From Amoebidium appalachense (Eukaryota > Protista > Ichthyosporea), in the NCBI GenBank assembly GCA_963693365.1, contig CAVNZM010000011.1:8359937-8423936 (forward strand): a stretch of DNA of 64,000 nucleotides, written 5' to 3'. Positions 1 through 14,481 of this stretch are shown in pieces (the stretch's first letter is position 1; the number at the start of each line of letters is the position of its first letter). Under the pieces are notes generated by a model, which saw only the letters and a program-made list of their open reading frames with translations, was not told the origin of the DNA and ran no database searches. Position numbers and translations under genes: made by a program.

Positions 1-247
1 ATTATTGGCTAACGATCATTTTGCTGCCAGGTGCACATTTGTGAACGTTGTAAGCATCAAAAGGCTCATACACTCGCCATTACGTGTACCTGCGTATACG
101 TAAAAGTTTTCGTTTTAATAGGCCTTTTAGATGCTTGTGCTCTAGGGGTTTTTTTTATGGTTTTGTTGTTCAAATAGCTTATTTTCCTAGTTATTCAAGA
201 GTTATTTCTTTTGAATTCTTGTTCCTACGTTTCAACATGCTTTAAGA

Positions 248-1796
248 ATGCAAGGCGGTAACGACATAAAGATGTTGGCGGGGGAGGAGTACAGCGATGT
301 CCCTTCCCATCCAACATTTCGGAAGGATGAGAAGTTAGAACAATCTCATGCGGAGGGGCCTCTCATGGTTGATATAGGCCCGCACTCTGAAAGAAGCAGT
401 GAAAGTTCGTTTGAGAGTGAGAGCTACGTGAATTCGGTCTCTTTTCTAGACCTGTTTAAATATGCCACTAAGCTCGAAAAGATAATGCTCATTACTTCGG
501 TGTTTTTCTCTCTAGGGTTGGGTGCGCTAATGCCGTGCTTTACCATTCTTTTTGGTAGCATTTTGCAAGAGATGTCATCTCTTCTGGGTGGCGTAAACAT
601 TCCCGCGCTTGTAAGTAACATAGGCATAGATTTGGACTTCAACACTATTATTGGTCAGCTGCAGAACCCAACGGCAGAATCGCTTTCCCCTCTTTTTTCC
701 CAGATTCAAAAGGCAATCATCAACCTGTTTGGGCCCAACATCAGCGAAATGTTCAACGATTTCTGGCTTAGTATGGTTGGCCTTTTGGAAATTGGAAACT
801 ATGCCCTAAACAAATTCGACTATTTAGACCGGGTTGTTGTTCAGGTTGCCATCGTTTTGACCCTCATGGGTTTCATGGGCTGCCTATGGGCGTTGGTGCA
901 GAAAACGTTCGGTTTCGCGGTTGCACATCAAGTTTCCATGCGCCTACGTCGGCTTTACCTCCAATCGTCCCTACGCCAAGACATGACCTTTTTCGACATA
1001 CATCACCCAGGAGAGGTGTCTTCCCGTCTCTCAGGTGACTTGGCAACGATTGAACATGCACTCGGTGACACCCTGGGGGCGTTCTTTGTCTATTGTGGTG
1101 TGGCCCTTACCGGTTTCGCTGTTTCCTTCGCCTTCGGCTGGCAGTTGGCCCTGGCATGCATGGCCATGTCGCCGTTAATCGCTGGTGCCGGTGCGTTCAT
1201 GTCATACATCGCTTCGTTTTCAGCAGCTGAAAGCAGTAGCCGGTTGGCGAATGCAGGTGCGGTTGCCGAGGAGGCTCTATCTCTCATTCGCACTGTAATG
1301 GCTTTCGGGCGCCAACATACCGAGTCGATGAAATTTCGCAAAAAATTTGGACAGCGCTTACAGGCAGGGGCTACGTCGCAACGTCATTTTTGGCGCTGGG
1401 AGCGGTGCTTCCATGTTTATCATTCTTGGGGCGAATGCATGGGGGAATGTGGTATGCAAACGAGCTCGTTACGGCAGAGGTTTTGGATGCTGGCCAGGTT
1501 TTGACCGTATTTTTTGCCTCCATCATGGCTTCTTTGGCGGTTGGGCAAACATTCGGATGTTTGGAGGTTTTCGCGAAAGCGCGCGGCGCGGCGTATGGCG
1601 TGTATGAGACGATTGAGCGGGTGCCAGAGATTGATTCCTTGGGCACGGAGGGCGAGAGTTTAGAGGAGGTGAAGGGAGAGATCAGGTTTACTGATGTTAC
1701 GTTTGGATATAAGACCTCACGGCCCGTGTTGTATAACTTGAACCTCCACGTGAAGCCGGGCCAGACTGTGGTAGGTGTTTTTTTTTTTTTTTTTGT

Positions 1797-1831
<35 letters not shown>

Positions 1832-2460
1832 AAAGGCTGGGGGGGGAAGGGGGGAAGGGGCCGGGGGTGGGGGGGGGCATGTAGTGAGGGGGAGGGGGGA
1901 GGGGGCGGGGGACATTGGGTATTAGAGCTAAACTAAGATAGCTAGGGGAATTTGTGCACTTATATGGACGGAGAAAGGGAAGCTGGGTGTTTCGTGGGTG
2001 TGGGGATCAGAGAGACAGAGAGGTATGCGAGGGGAAACGCGGAGGGTATCAAAGAGGGGGGATGGGCAGGTCGAGGGGGGTGAGTGGAGGAGGGGGGGAG
2101 GTGGTGAGGGGTAGGGGGGGGAAGGAGGGGGGGGGGGGGGGGGGGGGGGAGGGGGGGGCGGGAAAGGGGATTTGGGGGAGTGGTGGAGTGGTGGAGAGTG
2201 ACTGTGGAGAATTTATATGGAAAGGGATGATGTAGACGGGGAGTGGATGGGATCACGGCAGGGTGCCACAAGAGAAAAACACGGAGGGTGAGGGCATGGG
2301 GAGGAGCGATGGTAGTGGGGAGGGAGAGGGGTTGGATTTATGCGATTGCACCGGGGGGATGTATGTGTGTGTGTGTGTGTGTGTTTTTTTTTTTGTTTTT
2401 TTGTTTTTTTGTTTTGTTTTTTCTGGGGGGGGGGGGAGGGGGGAGGGGGGAGTGGGGAAA

Positions 2461-2492
<32 letters not shown>

Positions 2493-2731
2493 AATGTAGG
2501 GAGGCATGTGTCAGATGTGACAAACACGATCTTTGTGGTGGTTCTGTTGACGGTTTCTTTCGCTTTTGGAGAGGCCATCCGACTCCCCCTTCCCCCAGTC
2601 CATCTCTCAAAACTAGCCCACTTCCTCTCCCCCTCCCCCCCCCCCCCCCTCCGCCCCCCGCGCCTCTTCTCCCCTGCTTCCCCCCTCCCCCTCCCTCCCC
2701 CCTCCCCACTTTCCCTCCCTCCCTCCAACCC

Positions 2732-2766
<35 letters not shown>

Positions 2767-3032
2767 TTCACCCTTTCCCTCCTCCTCCCTTCCCCCCTTC
2801 CCGTGCCACCGAAAACAAACCAGGACCGCCACAGCAACACAAGGCACATATATCCGTTTTTCCCGCTGCCTTCACCTGATAGGCACATGCACATACACTC
2901 ACACACACACACACACACACACACGTGTACACCCGCACCAACTCGTACACCCACACCCACGTGCATGCACACCCACAAACCATCCACCCATCCACCCACA
3001 CATACATGCGCGCGCGCGTTCGCGCACGCACG

Positions 3033-3090
<58 letters not shown>

Positions 3091-4406
3091 CAGGCGCTGG
3101 TTGGCGGTTCAGGGAGCGGCAAATCTACAACGGTTAAACTGATCGAACGATTGTACGACCCGGATAGCGGCGAGGTTTCATTGGACGGCAAACCCCTCCG
3201 CGATCTCAACATCCAATGGTTGCGATCGCAAATTGGTCTCGTGAGCCAGGAACCCAAGCTTTTCCCCGGCACGATCGCCGAAAACATCGCTATGGGCGCA
3301 CCCCTCGAGCCCAATCCAGATTTCGACCAATCACAGCCGTCGGATCCGTACGAAAACCCACGGTTCCGTCGCGCTTTGGTTACCGATTCGGAGATTGAAG
3401 AAGCGGCGAAATTTGCAAATGCGTGGGGGTTTATCAGCACGCTCCCACACGGGCTCAATACGAGGATTGAGGGGGGTCTGCAATTGTCGGGTGGGCAAAA
3501 GCAACGGATCGCAATCGCGCGTGCGTTGATCCGAAAACCGAAAATTCTTGTTCTGGATGAAGCGACGTCGGCTTTGGACGTAACGAGCGAAGCGGTTGTT
3601 CAGGAAGCGTTGGATCGCGCGTCGGAGGGTAGAACTACCATCATAATCGCACATCGATTAACCACGATTAGGAGGGCCGACGTGATCGGGGTGATTGATG
3701 GGGGTTGCATTGCTGAGTTGGGCAGCCATCAGAAGTTGATGGCTTTGGTGAGTGTTTTGATCCCTCCCCCCCTCCCCCCCCCCCTCCCACCACCACCACC
3801 ACCACCTGTTCCTCCCCTCTCCCATGCAACATACGTACACGATACACACACATGCAATCATACGAGGGGAGGGGGAGAGGGGGGGGGGGGAGGATGGGAA
3901 TGAGAGTGTGGGTGGGTGGGGGGGGGGGGCTGTTAGCGTGTGCGGGTTTGTGTGTAGGTGTGTGTGGAAGCTGGTGGCGTGGGAGGAGGGGGAGGGGGGA
4001 CGGGAAGGAGAGTGTGGTTGTGTGGGCGGGTAGGTACGTGTGTGGGCTGTGTGGTTTTGTGGGTAAGCGGGCGGGCGAGTAAAAAGCGTGAAGCCGCCTC
4101 CCCCCCCCCATCCCCCCACCCTCTCTCTCTCTCTCTCTAAACACACCTCTTCTTACAAGTATACATGGGCACACAGACACAATCACATGTACCTTTCCTC
4201 GTCCTAGACTCAGTCTGTCCGTATCGGTGGTGCGACTTGAGAGAGAAATAGAAAAGGGGGGGGGGGGGACCTTTCTCTACGCTCTTACATGAGGAAATGT
4301 GGGCGGGAAAGTGTGGAAAGCGGTAGGCAAAGCGGATTTTTCCTTTTCTTTCTTTCTTTCTTTTCTTTCTTTTTTTTTCTTTTTCTTTTTTTTTTTTGGT
4401 GGTGGT

Positions 4407-4437
<31 letters not shown>

Positions 4438-5828
4438 TTTACGACATCTCTCTTTTCCCCCCAATTCCGTCCAGTTCTTCCTGTCTCGCCCCCCGTCTCC
4501 CTCCCCCCCCCCCCCCCCCTCTCCCGATGACTCTCCCTTCTCGCATGGATCGTCTTGCACGGAACCCTTTTCTCGGGGCTTGCTTCCATGCTGACATGAT
4601 TATTCATTCTCTATCGTTTTTATCTCCCCTCCCCCCCCCCCCCCCCCCCCCCCCCACCCACCCACCCACGGCTCCCTTCTTTTTTTCTCCCATGCTGTTC
4701 ATTTGACCCTAGTTTTTGAATCCCCCCCCCCCCCCCCCCCCTTCCCCCCTAAACACACACACACTCCTTTCCCCCCACTCCCCCTTATCCCTTTACCCTA
4801 CCCCTACCGGCTACCTACCCCCCTCCCCCCCCCCCCCCCCCCCCCCCAAACACACACACATGCATACACATTCACCCTCTCACCCTCTTCTTTCTTCCTT
4901 CCCCTTTTTTCTTTACAGAACGGTCGTTACGCTACGTTGGTGCGATCACAAGGTGAAACCTCCCACCCACCCTCCGACGCAACCGCCACCAAACCCACCC
5001 ATCTCTTCAACCCACCACCCACCGCCCCGTCCTTCGAAAACGAAGACAAGAGCCCCCCTTACACCGAGAAGACCGACGAAAGAACCCCCCCAAAAAAGGC
5101 GATTGACAAGGGGGTAATTCAGCGCGCGCTCATGCTGAATCGGCCTGAGTGGGGGTACTATGTTTTGGGGTCTGTGGGTGCTATGCTGGCCGGAGTTATC
5201 TGGCCCATGTTTGCTTTTGTCTTCGGCCAGATGCTGTTTGTGTTCATCTCCAAGGACACATCACAGGTATGGGTATTTTCGACCACACTAAATCCCCCCT
5301 CCCCACCCCCCACCCCCCTCCCCCCCGCCCCCCCCCCAAAAAAAAGAAAACGAAAGAAAGGACGAAAGAAAGAAAGAAAGAAGAAAAAGAAAGAACAGAA
5401 AAAGAAAAAGCAAAAGAAAAGCCCTTAAATCCCCAACTCTCAGCCCCACCCACCCAGCCCGACCCGCCCCTTTCCCTGCTCGTGTTTTGGCCAAACCGAA
5501 TTAAAACCAGTCTACTGCCTTGGAAGCAAAGGATGGGTTGGAATGGGCAAGAGGTTAAAGAATAGAGACACATTCATTGGTGATGCTGTAGGACACCCCC
5601 TCCACCCCCCCCCCCCCCCTTTCACCCCAGTGCCAGTGGTGGGCTCTGCCCAAATATTCTCTACGTACACATCTCGTTTGGTATCTGTGGGTTATATGGT
5701 GTGCTCCATATTTGACGTTGTTCGACCTTCCTTCCACCCTCTGAGCCTCACAATAACCCCAACTTTCCACCCAGCACACCCATACCGCCACCACCACACA
5801 CACAAAGACACACACACGAACACACACA

Positions 5829-5888
<60 letters not shown>

Positions 5889-5942
5889 GCCCCCCCCTCC
5901 CCCCCCCCCCCCCCCACACACACACAGTGACAACCCTGCCCC

Positions 5943-5975
<33 letters not shown>

Positions 5976-7887
5976 ACCCCCCCACCCCTCCCACACACAC
6001 GCACACTCACACACACACACAGGTATACAACTGGATCTACATCTTCCTGGGTCTTGCCTGCGCCGCCTTCATCGGCCACCTCCTACTCCACGTCGCCTTC
6101 GGTTACGCAAACGAGAAACTCGTTCGGAGGATATGCACGCAGTGTTTTGACGCGATGCTACGTCAGGACGTTGGGTGGTTCGATGAAAGGGAGAATGCGG
6201 TGGGTGCGCTGGTTGCGAGATTGACAACGGACGCGACGGCTGTGAAGGGGATAACTGGGGAGTATGTTGCTACACAGGTGTGTGAATGTTAGTGTTTGCA
6301 ATGCTGTTTGGACCTCTCTTCCGACTCGCCACTCCCGCTCACCCACCCACTCCCCTCACACCCTCCGTCCCCCCCCCCCCCCCCCTCCCCACGCGCTATG
6401 GCCAGCCGGCTACACATCTCTCCATGTGATACCCCCTGTCCCACTGTCGCTCCTATACCTCCCCGACATTCACTCACTCCCACACCCTTAACTCCCCGTT
6501 TTTGCGCTTTAACCGAGCATGCACACACATGCTTGTGTGGGTGAGCCCACAGACACAAACACACACACACAACACACTTACACACTCGCACACAAGGGAA
6601 GAAGTCACCCTTCCCCTACAGACATGAAATCTTACACAGCTCCCCCCCTCCCCCCCATTCATACATACACACACACACACACACTCACACGACACCCCCA
6701 CCACCACCACCACCACCACACGCAACACACACCACCACCACCACACACAAATGCGCACTCTTACAAGATCTCCTTCCCTCGCCCCACCCCACCCCACTTC
6801 ACCCTACCTTCCTTCCTTCCCCTCGCCCCCTCCCCCCCCCCCCCCCCCCCCACCACCACCACCACCACCATCACCACCACCAACCCCCCCCCCCCCCCCC
6901 CCCCCTCCCCCCCCCCGCCGCCCACACACACACACACACACAGGTCATGCTCTGGACCACCGTCCTAGGTGCAGTCATAATCGCTCTAGACGCCTGCTGG
7001 CAACTAGCCCTCCTTATGCTTCTCTCCATTCCCCTTGTCGGCGCCGCTACTTTCGCAGGCGTCTACGCCGGAAGAAAAGCCCAAAAACACGCTTTCCAAA
7101 AGATGAACGACGCAAATCGCACGGCCGGTGAAGCGATCGATAACGTACGCACGGTGACTCCGCTGGGTGCGGCGGGGGAGTTTCTCTCTGCGTACGATTC
7201 GCTGCTCCGCGAACCAAGCGAGGGCCTTTACCGCGCGAGCAGGATCAACGCGTTGGCGTTCGGCTTGGCCCAACTTGCTGTGTTGGTTATTTGGGGCGCG
7301 TCGTTCTATTTTGGGGTGCAGCTTGTAAAGGGTGCGGAGTGTTCGGTAGAGGGGATGATTCGGGCCTTTTGCGCGGTGGTGTTTGGGGGGATGGGCTTGG
7401 GCCAAACCGCCGCAATGATGCCCAACCACAAAGCGGCGCAGGTAGCGGCGACACGAATTTTCAGGCTGATGGATAGGATCCCCCCCATCGATATACAGAA
7501 GAAGGGGGGTCAAGTGATGGAGGAGGTTAGGGGGGATATCGAGTACAGGGATGTGGTGTTTTCGTACCCGACCCGCCCCGGAGGTGGTGGTTATGAAGAA
7601 TCTCTCCTTGGGTGTTGCAGCTGGAAAGACCCTTGTAAGAGCCCCTCCCCCCTCCCTCCCCCCCCCCCCCCTCCCCCCACCCGCCCCTTCCCCCGGGGGG
7701 CTTTTCCTTTTGTGTCCTTTTGTTGAGGCCTAGGAACCACCCTTGTGATGAAACCTGTGTGTGTTCCTCCACAATTGTTTGATTTCGGTTTTGTGTAGTC
7801 TTGTTTGTGAATTCTTTGGTGTTCCTTTTTTTCTCTCTCTCTGCCTCCTCCTTTCCGAATCGCGAACACTTGCTAACCTCTCCCCCC

Positions 7888-7920
<33 letters not shown>

Positions 7921-8469
7921 ATTCCCCCAAACCCCCCCCCCCCCCCCCCGCGCCCCAGCCCTCTCCCCCCTCCCATACCACCACCACCACCAACACACAC
8001 ACACGCACACACACGCACACGCACACGCACACGCACACACACACACACACACAGGCGCTTGTGGGAGAGAGCGGCAGTGGCAAGAGCACGCTGGTGTCAC
8101 TCCTCCAGAGGTTCTATGCCCCTGCGGACGGGGCTGTTCTATTGGACGGTGTAGATGTCAAGGAGTTGGATCTGGCTTGGCTAAGGGCTCAGGTGTGTTT
8201 GTGGATACTTCCCTTCCCCACCTCCCCCCACCCTGCTCTCTATCTCTCTCTCTGTCGTCTCTCTCTCTCTCTCTGCCTCTCCCCCCCCCCCCCCCCCCCC
8301 CCCCCTCCCCCCCCCCCCCCCCCCTCCCTCCCTTCTCTCTCTCTCACGGATTCACCTACTCACACGGCATTAGCCGATCCGTTTCTCCCTCCCTCCCTCT
8401 CTGTTTCTCGTTTTTGCTCTCTCTCCATCTCACACACACTCTCGCTCTCCCTCCCTCCTCTCTCTCTCC

Positions 8470-8555
<86 letters not shown>

Positions 8556-8704
8556 CCCCCCTCCCTCTCTCTCTCCCCCTCTCTCTCTCCCTCTCTCTCC
8601 TCCGTCTCATCCCCTCCTCTTTTGCGCTTCCTCTTATCTCTTTTATTTATCCCCTTTACCTCGTTTTCTTTCTCTTATTCCATACACACAAACGTGCATT
8701 CGCG

Positions 8705-8737
<33 letters not shown>

Positions 8738-9850
8738 TCACTCACTCACTCACTCACTCACTCACTCACTCACTCACTCACTCACTCACTCACTCACTCA
8801 CTCACTCACTCACTCACTCACTCACACACATGTCTCACAAAATCGGGACATCTGGTCGATGGGTTTGTGGCCATGTATTTCGTTCTTGGATTCCGCATTT
8901 GTTCTCCTCAGCTGCTGTTGTCTGTTTCATCGCTTCCCCCCCCCCCCCCCCCCCCCCCACAAACACACACACACACCACCACCACCACCACCGTATCCAT
9001 TTGGAGCTTTCATGCTTTCTCGCTTCCCTCGACCAACTGCCCCTTTACGTATAATTAGCGTACAAGCAGCACTTTCAAACACTTAGACCGGTATGTTTGT
9101 GTGTGTGAGTGTATGCCACGTTGTGGGGTTGGGTGTGTGTGAGGGTGGTTTGTGGGTGTGTGTGTGTGTGTGCGTGCGTGTGTGGGTGCGCACGTGTGCA
9201 TGTCTGTGTGTGTATGTGACCGCCCTAACATGCCCCCTTTCACCCCTCAGATCGGTCTTGTAAGCCAAGAACCCGACCTCTTCACCGGCACAGTCAGAGA
9301 AAACCTTCTCTACGGCTGCCCACTCCCACCACCCACCACCACCCCCGCCATCACCAACAAAAGCAAAAACACAAACACAAACACGTCGTGCGAATTCGGC
9401 CCCGGGTCATTCGAGCTCGAAAAAATTATTACGGACGACGAATTGAGAAATCTGTGCGAGCGCGCAAACGCATGGGAGTTCGTTTCCAACCTCCCCCACG
9501 GGCTTGATTCGCACATTGGCGACAGGGGGTCGACTCTTTCCGGCGGACAGAAACAGAGAATCGCAATCGCACGCGCGCTCATAAGAAACCCGCGAATTCT
9601 TCTTTTGGACGAAGCGACATCCGCCCTGGATTCGCAGAGCGAAAGAGTTGTTCAGGACGCGTTGAAAAAAGCGTCGGCGGGGAGGACCACGATCGTGGTG
9701 GCGCACCGATTAAGCACGATTAGAGATGCCGATGTGATTGCGGTGGTGAGGGACGGGAGGGTGGTGGAGGCGGGGTCGCACGAGCAGCTGTTGGCGGCCG
9801 GGGGGTTGTATAGGGCCATGTGGACTCAGCAGGCAGCGGCATTTCAATAA
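248..9850 (+). CDS. ABCB1: Full-length ABCB1/MDR (P-glycoprotein-like) transporter, TMD-NBD-TMD-NBD. Exons approx. 248-1770, 3094-3747, 4919-5266, 6023-6277, 6944-7634, 8055-8192, 9251-9850
   Basis: Walker [10 protein letters not shown] and GESGSGKST; Q-loop IGLVSQEP twice; signature [15 protein letters not shown] twice; LDEATSALD and AHRL twice; TMD motifs LRQDMTFFD and [13 protein letters not shown] boundaries join in frame. Three apparent +1 indels in homopolymers (~1340, ~1441, ~7577) are needed to keep frame. The symbol is a family-level call. Confidence 0.93.
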
Positions 9851-11421
9851 ATTTATTGGGGGGGGGGGGGGGGGGGGGGGGTGACTTAAGCTGGGAGGAG
9901 CAGTTTCCCTTCCACAAACAGGAAAAACGTCTTGTCTCAAAAAGGGTGTGTGGAGAGATGTATGTATGTATGTGGTGGTGGGTGATTTTTTTTTATTTTT
10001 TTATTTTTTTTTTGGGGGTGGGGGGGGGGGGGGGGGGGGGGGGACGCAGTAAATTACTCGCTCGCTTGTTCACATACCTTAAACACATCTACCAATAGAA
10101 TGGGCCAGCCTTAGCACACAACGCCAACAACATAAAACGCATTGTGTGCATGCTTACGCATTTACACACACTTCAGCGCAAAACCATTTGATCATTGAAG
10201 TTTGGCGCTCTGTTTATTTTTAAAACATCACATAGAAGTAGCCTACGGGTGCCAGGTGTTGCAGTTGATTGTTTTTCTAAGATTTCTGAATGTGTTTTTT
10301 GGTCGTTTTTCAAGCCTAGTGTTTAAAGTTAAAGTGAAGTTTAAAATGCCTGAAGGTCTCTATTATGTTAGGTTATTCAAATTGCTCCCTGCGGGACAGG
10401 GCATTTAGTATGTTGTTCAAACAAAAGGTTTTCTTTTCAACAGATTTATATCAGAAAGATGTGTTTGTTTTTTATTAGGAATCATAAATGCAACAGCTGC
10501 AGACAGCTGGGCTGTTCTGTCCACGCCGACGACTGTTAAACTGCCATGCAGTAAAATGTTGGAGGTTACCTTAAATGACGTCAAGCCCAACAAGGGTGAT
10601 GGTCAAACCATATATACCGATGATAACTGGTGTATTTTCAGCGGGACATATACTCTAGGTTTGGATCGGAATCAAGCCATTTTATAAGACGAGTTAACTT
10701 TTTGTCAGGCTGCATATGCAAATGCAACATCGAAATATGATTGCAAGTGGCAGGCAGCTGCCATATGCATGGCGCCATGGCTGTCCTGTACCTACAATTG
10801 CAAAAACCACTGAAAAAAAATCCATTGGCATATGGGTGCAATCAGCCCGAACACTGTTTGAACTGCGATTCAAAGTCAAGCATTTAGAGGCCCATATGAT
10901 TATACAGCATTCATCGTCTTTGGTCAGATACGGTTTCACTAAAGGGATATGCATAAGATGCCCCCCCCACAACCACCACGGTGCACTACCACCACCACCA
11001 CCACTATGTACCTCCACCACCACCGGTCCCCCCCCCCCCCCCCCCCCCCCCCCCCGCGCCAAAAAAAAAAGGCATATGCACACGATTCGAGCTTGCGGCT
11101 CATGATCAGCCTTCAGATTTCTTGAGGACGCTCTCAGGCCTAACATACACACGACCATTTTTGTGTGCTTTTTCTCTGCATGGGCCTGGGCATATTAGAT
11201 TGGGATCCCCCCCCCTTTTCCTACGGTCCCGGCCCCGCGTAGACCAAAGCTTCCGCCCGCGCAGCTCCCTCGCCAGCATCGTGGCACCTCTCTCTCTGCC
11301 CCCTAGCCAAAGAAAGCCTTTCGAATCTGTTTCCTCTGATCAGAGCCACACTGATTAAGGCAACGACGATATGAATCTTCAGCCTCACTGTGATGTTTGT
11401 GTGTGCATGCATGTAATACGT

Positions 11422-11461
<40 letters not shown>

Positions 11462-14045
11462 TCCCCGGGCCCTCTCCCGGGTTCCCCCAAATTAATCCTT
11501 CATTTTTTTTTTATGAACATCATCACATGATATTCTATTCAAGGCAAGCTCCTCTAGGTCTCGAGAACACAGAGCGAATTTGAATTTCCTCTATTAGTAA
11601 ACACTATCACTGTATCTGCTCATGCAATCACATAATCTCCGATCATACTTATCCAAGTCACTCAAATGCCAACACGCCTGCGCTTGTTAGAAGCTCCTTT
11701 CGTCAGCGTCCACAACCTTCCTTTCGAGTCTTCGAAGCCCACGGCCGCTGCAAGAGTAGCGCCGGCACCCACCACTTCATCTATCCCCTCCCACCACATA
11801 CTGCGATAATTCAACCCGTGCACGTGACCCTGCAGCCAACCTCTACATGTGCCCCTTCACCGCACCTGGCGAGGAGCTGCCCGTAGATACCCGGGCCCTG
11901 ATGGCCACACTGGAGGGTGCTACCCCGTGTGTGCTGGCCGAGGGCACCACCATGGTGTGCAAGATCGTCACCCCACCACCTGGCTTTGATTCGGGTGCAG
12001 CTGCATCCGTGCCTGCCCCGCCCGCCGCTGCCAGTGGTGATTAGACCCCCCCGCCCACGCCGCAAAGGACCTTCCCCTGTTGATGATTTTGTCGACCTGC
12101 CTAACCTCACAGCATCTGATGATGAGCTGTCTGAGAGTGACGAGGAGGCATTTGATGAAGAGGAGGCTAGTGCCCCGGAAGAGGAGGAGTGCAGCTGCAG
12201 GCCACCAGCTGCTGGGCGCGAGCGTGGCACTGAGGCCACTGCTGCTGCTGGCACCGTGCCTGTACCAGCACGGCCTGCCCCAGCCACCGATGCCTGCACC
12301 CTGCCCAAGGCTGCACCTGCCCCCAGTGCTACCTCTGCTGACCCCACCACGGAGCCAGCAGTGCAGCACCCGTGGAGCCCCTTCAAGAATGCGGCCAAGG
12401 CCAGCTACGAGACCTGGCACCAGCGCTATGGCCACATCAGCAAGACTGGCCTGCTGCAGCTGGCGCGCAGCGGCATGGTTAAGGGTCTGGAGCTCACCAC
12501 CAGCTCCTCTGACACCCCTGCAGTGTGTGAGGGGTGTGCCATTGGCAAGGCCAAGCAGCAGCCCTTCCCTAGGCAAAGCCGCCAGCGTGCAGACACGGTG
12601 CTAGCGCTTGGCATCGTGCACGTGGATGTGGGTGGCCCCTACAAGCGGTCTGTGGACGGCTACTACTTTGTGCTGGTGGCTGTGGATGACAAGACCGGCA
12701 TGATGTTTGTGTGGGCTCTGAAGGCACGTAGTGACGTGCCTGCCACCCTGGCTGCCTGGGCCACCAAGATGGAACGGCAGCATGGCCACAAGGTGCGCAT
12801 CTACCGCACAGACGGCGCTGGCGAATTCAAGTCGCGGGGCTTCCAACGTTTCTGCATCAGCAACGGCATTGTGCATCAGATGGTGGTGGCCTATGAGCAC
12901 GGCCAGAACGGTGTGGCTGAGCGCAACATCTACACGGTGACAGACAAGGCCCGGGCCATGATGGCATCTGTGCCAGGCTTCCCGCAAAACTGCTGGCCCG
13001 AGGCTGTCGGCACGGTGGTGCTGCTGATCAACATGAGCCCCCACAAGGCCGTGTCTGGCATGACACCCTGGCAGGCATTCTACAACCAGGTGCCTGATGT
13101 GTCCTACCTTCGTGCGTATGGCTGCCTAGCCTACCCCACCATCGCCTAGGAGCAGCACGGCAACAAGCTGGCACCACGTGCCCAGCGGGGCATTTTGATT
13201 GGCTACGGGGAGGAGACCAAGGGCTACCTACCGCATCCTGCTGGTTACCCTCAGTGGCAGTTTCGGTTCAGTGGTCGTGAGGAGGAGTGTGCAGTTCAAC
13301 GAGGGCGCCACCCTGGTGAGGGGCACGCCCACTGCCCTCAACCCGAGCATGCGCATGGCCACCAGCCCGGCTGCACCTGGCCAGACCAGCGCAGATGACC
13401 CATTTGTGCAGGAGGAGCACACCACCACAGAGGAGGAGACAGGCAGGGACTCGGACCCTGCCAGCACTGTGGCCACCACAGCCACAGGCACCAGCAGCGA
13501 TGGCTTTGATGACAGCGACAGTAAGAGCGAAGATGAGGGGGCAGCACAAGGGGGTGCCGGCATGCTTAAGCGTGCGCGCATGGACTCGCCGCCCGCCAAG
13601 TCAGCACAGCCAATCGCCAAGCGGGTGCATTTCACCGACAGCAACGTGCCCAGCCACCACCTGGCTAGGGTGACACGGAGTGGACACGTGTTCAGCACCC
13701 AGCAGCACCTGGGCAACGGCAAGGGCACCGTGATTGAGGCCAAAGCGCTGGCCATGACTGCCGCTGCATCTGCGCTGGTGCACGGCAAGCAGCCCCTGCA
13801 GCCTGCACTGTTGGTGTCGGAGGTGCCCATACCCAACCCCTACAAGGAGGCAATGGTCTCAGACCATGCCACCATGTGGAAGCAGGCATGTGATGCCGAG
13901 ATGGAGAAACTGCAGCGCCACGGCACTTAAATTCGCTGGTGCTAGTGCCCGAGGGCCGCCAACCAATCAAAAATTGCTGGGTGTATGATGTCAAGCACAA
14001 CGGCAACAGGTGACCAAGTTCCGGGCCAGGCTGGTGGCCAAGGGG

Positions 14046-14352
14046 TGTTGTGATTTGTACAATACCTACCCAAGTGTATGTGCGTTACTGGTGATGGTCA
14101 GCAGAGATAATCTTGAAGCCGATGATAGGACACTGCCGTGTCCCGTCTTTATATACTCGCGCTGCCTCCAAGGACAGCCGCTAGGACCAATCAGATGTAC
14201 AGATATGAAGTGCCAAGTACTCATCTAATTGGCTGATGATATAAACAATCCCAGACACAGGGATCCAATCACTATTCAGATCTGCCATCTGAATTATGGG
14301 AATGTACCACAAAACGTTCCTACGTGTTTGTGTACCACAGGGAATATCCCGT

Positions 14353-14433
<81 letters not shown>

Positions 14434-14481
14434 TATGTTGAAACACTAAAGTATGAGTATGTTAATATTCCAACATTGTCA
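14046..14481. mobile_element. Solo LTR nested in the copia RT region
   Basis: Begins TGTTG, ends CA, flanked by 5-bp direct repeat AGGGG (14041-14045, 14482-14486). Removing it restores LVAKG-FSQRPGVDF. Contains a TATA-like GAGTATATAAA on the minus strand and an internal (TG)n. Confidence 0.85.

Noticed and set aside
1335-1450. Frameshifts in ABCB exon 1 (also ~7577 and Kv ~35280) as programmed frameshifting or pseudogenisation
   Set aside because: Each is one extra base in a homopolymer within an otherwise intact gene; long-read consensus error is the simplest explanation. Check with short reads.
11600-11850. 5' LTR and PBS for copia element 1
   Set aside because: No similarity to 15963-16489 and no tRNA-complementary TGG after the CAACA at ~11670.
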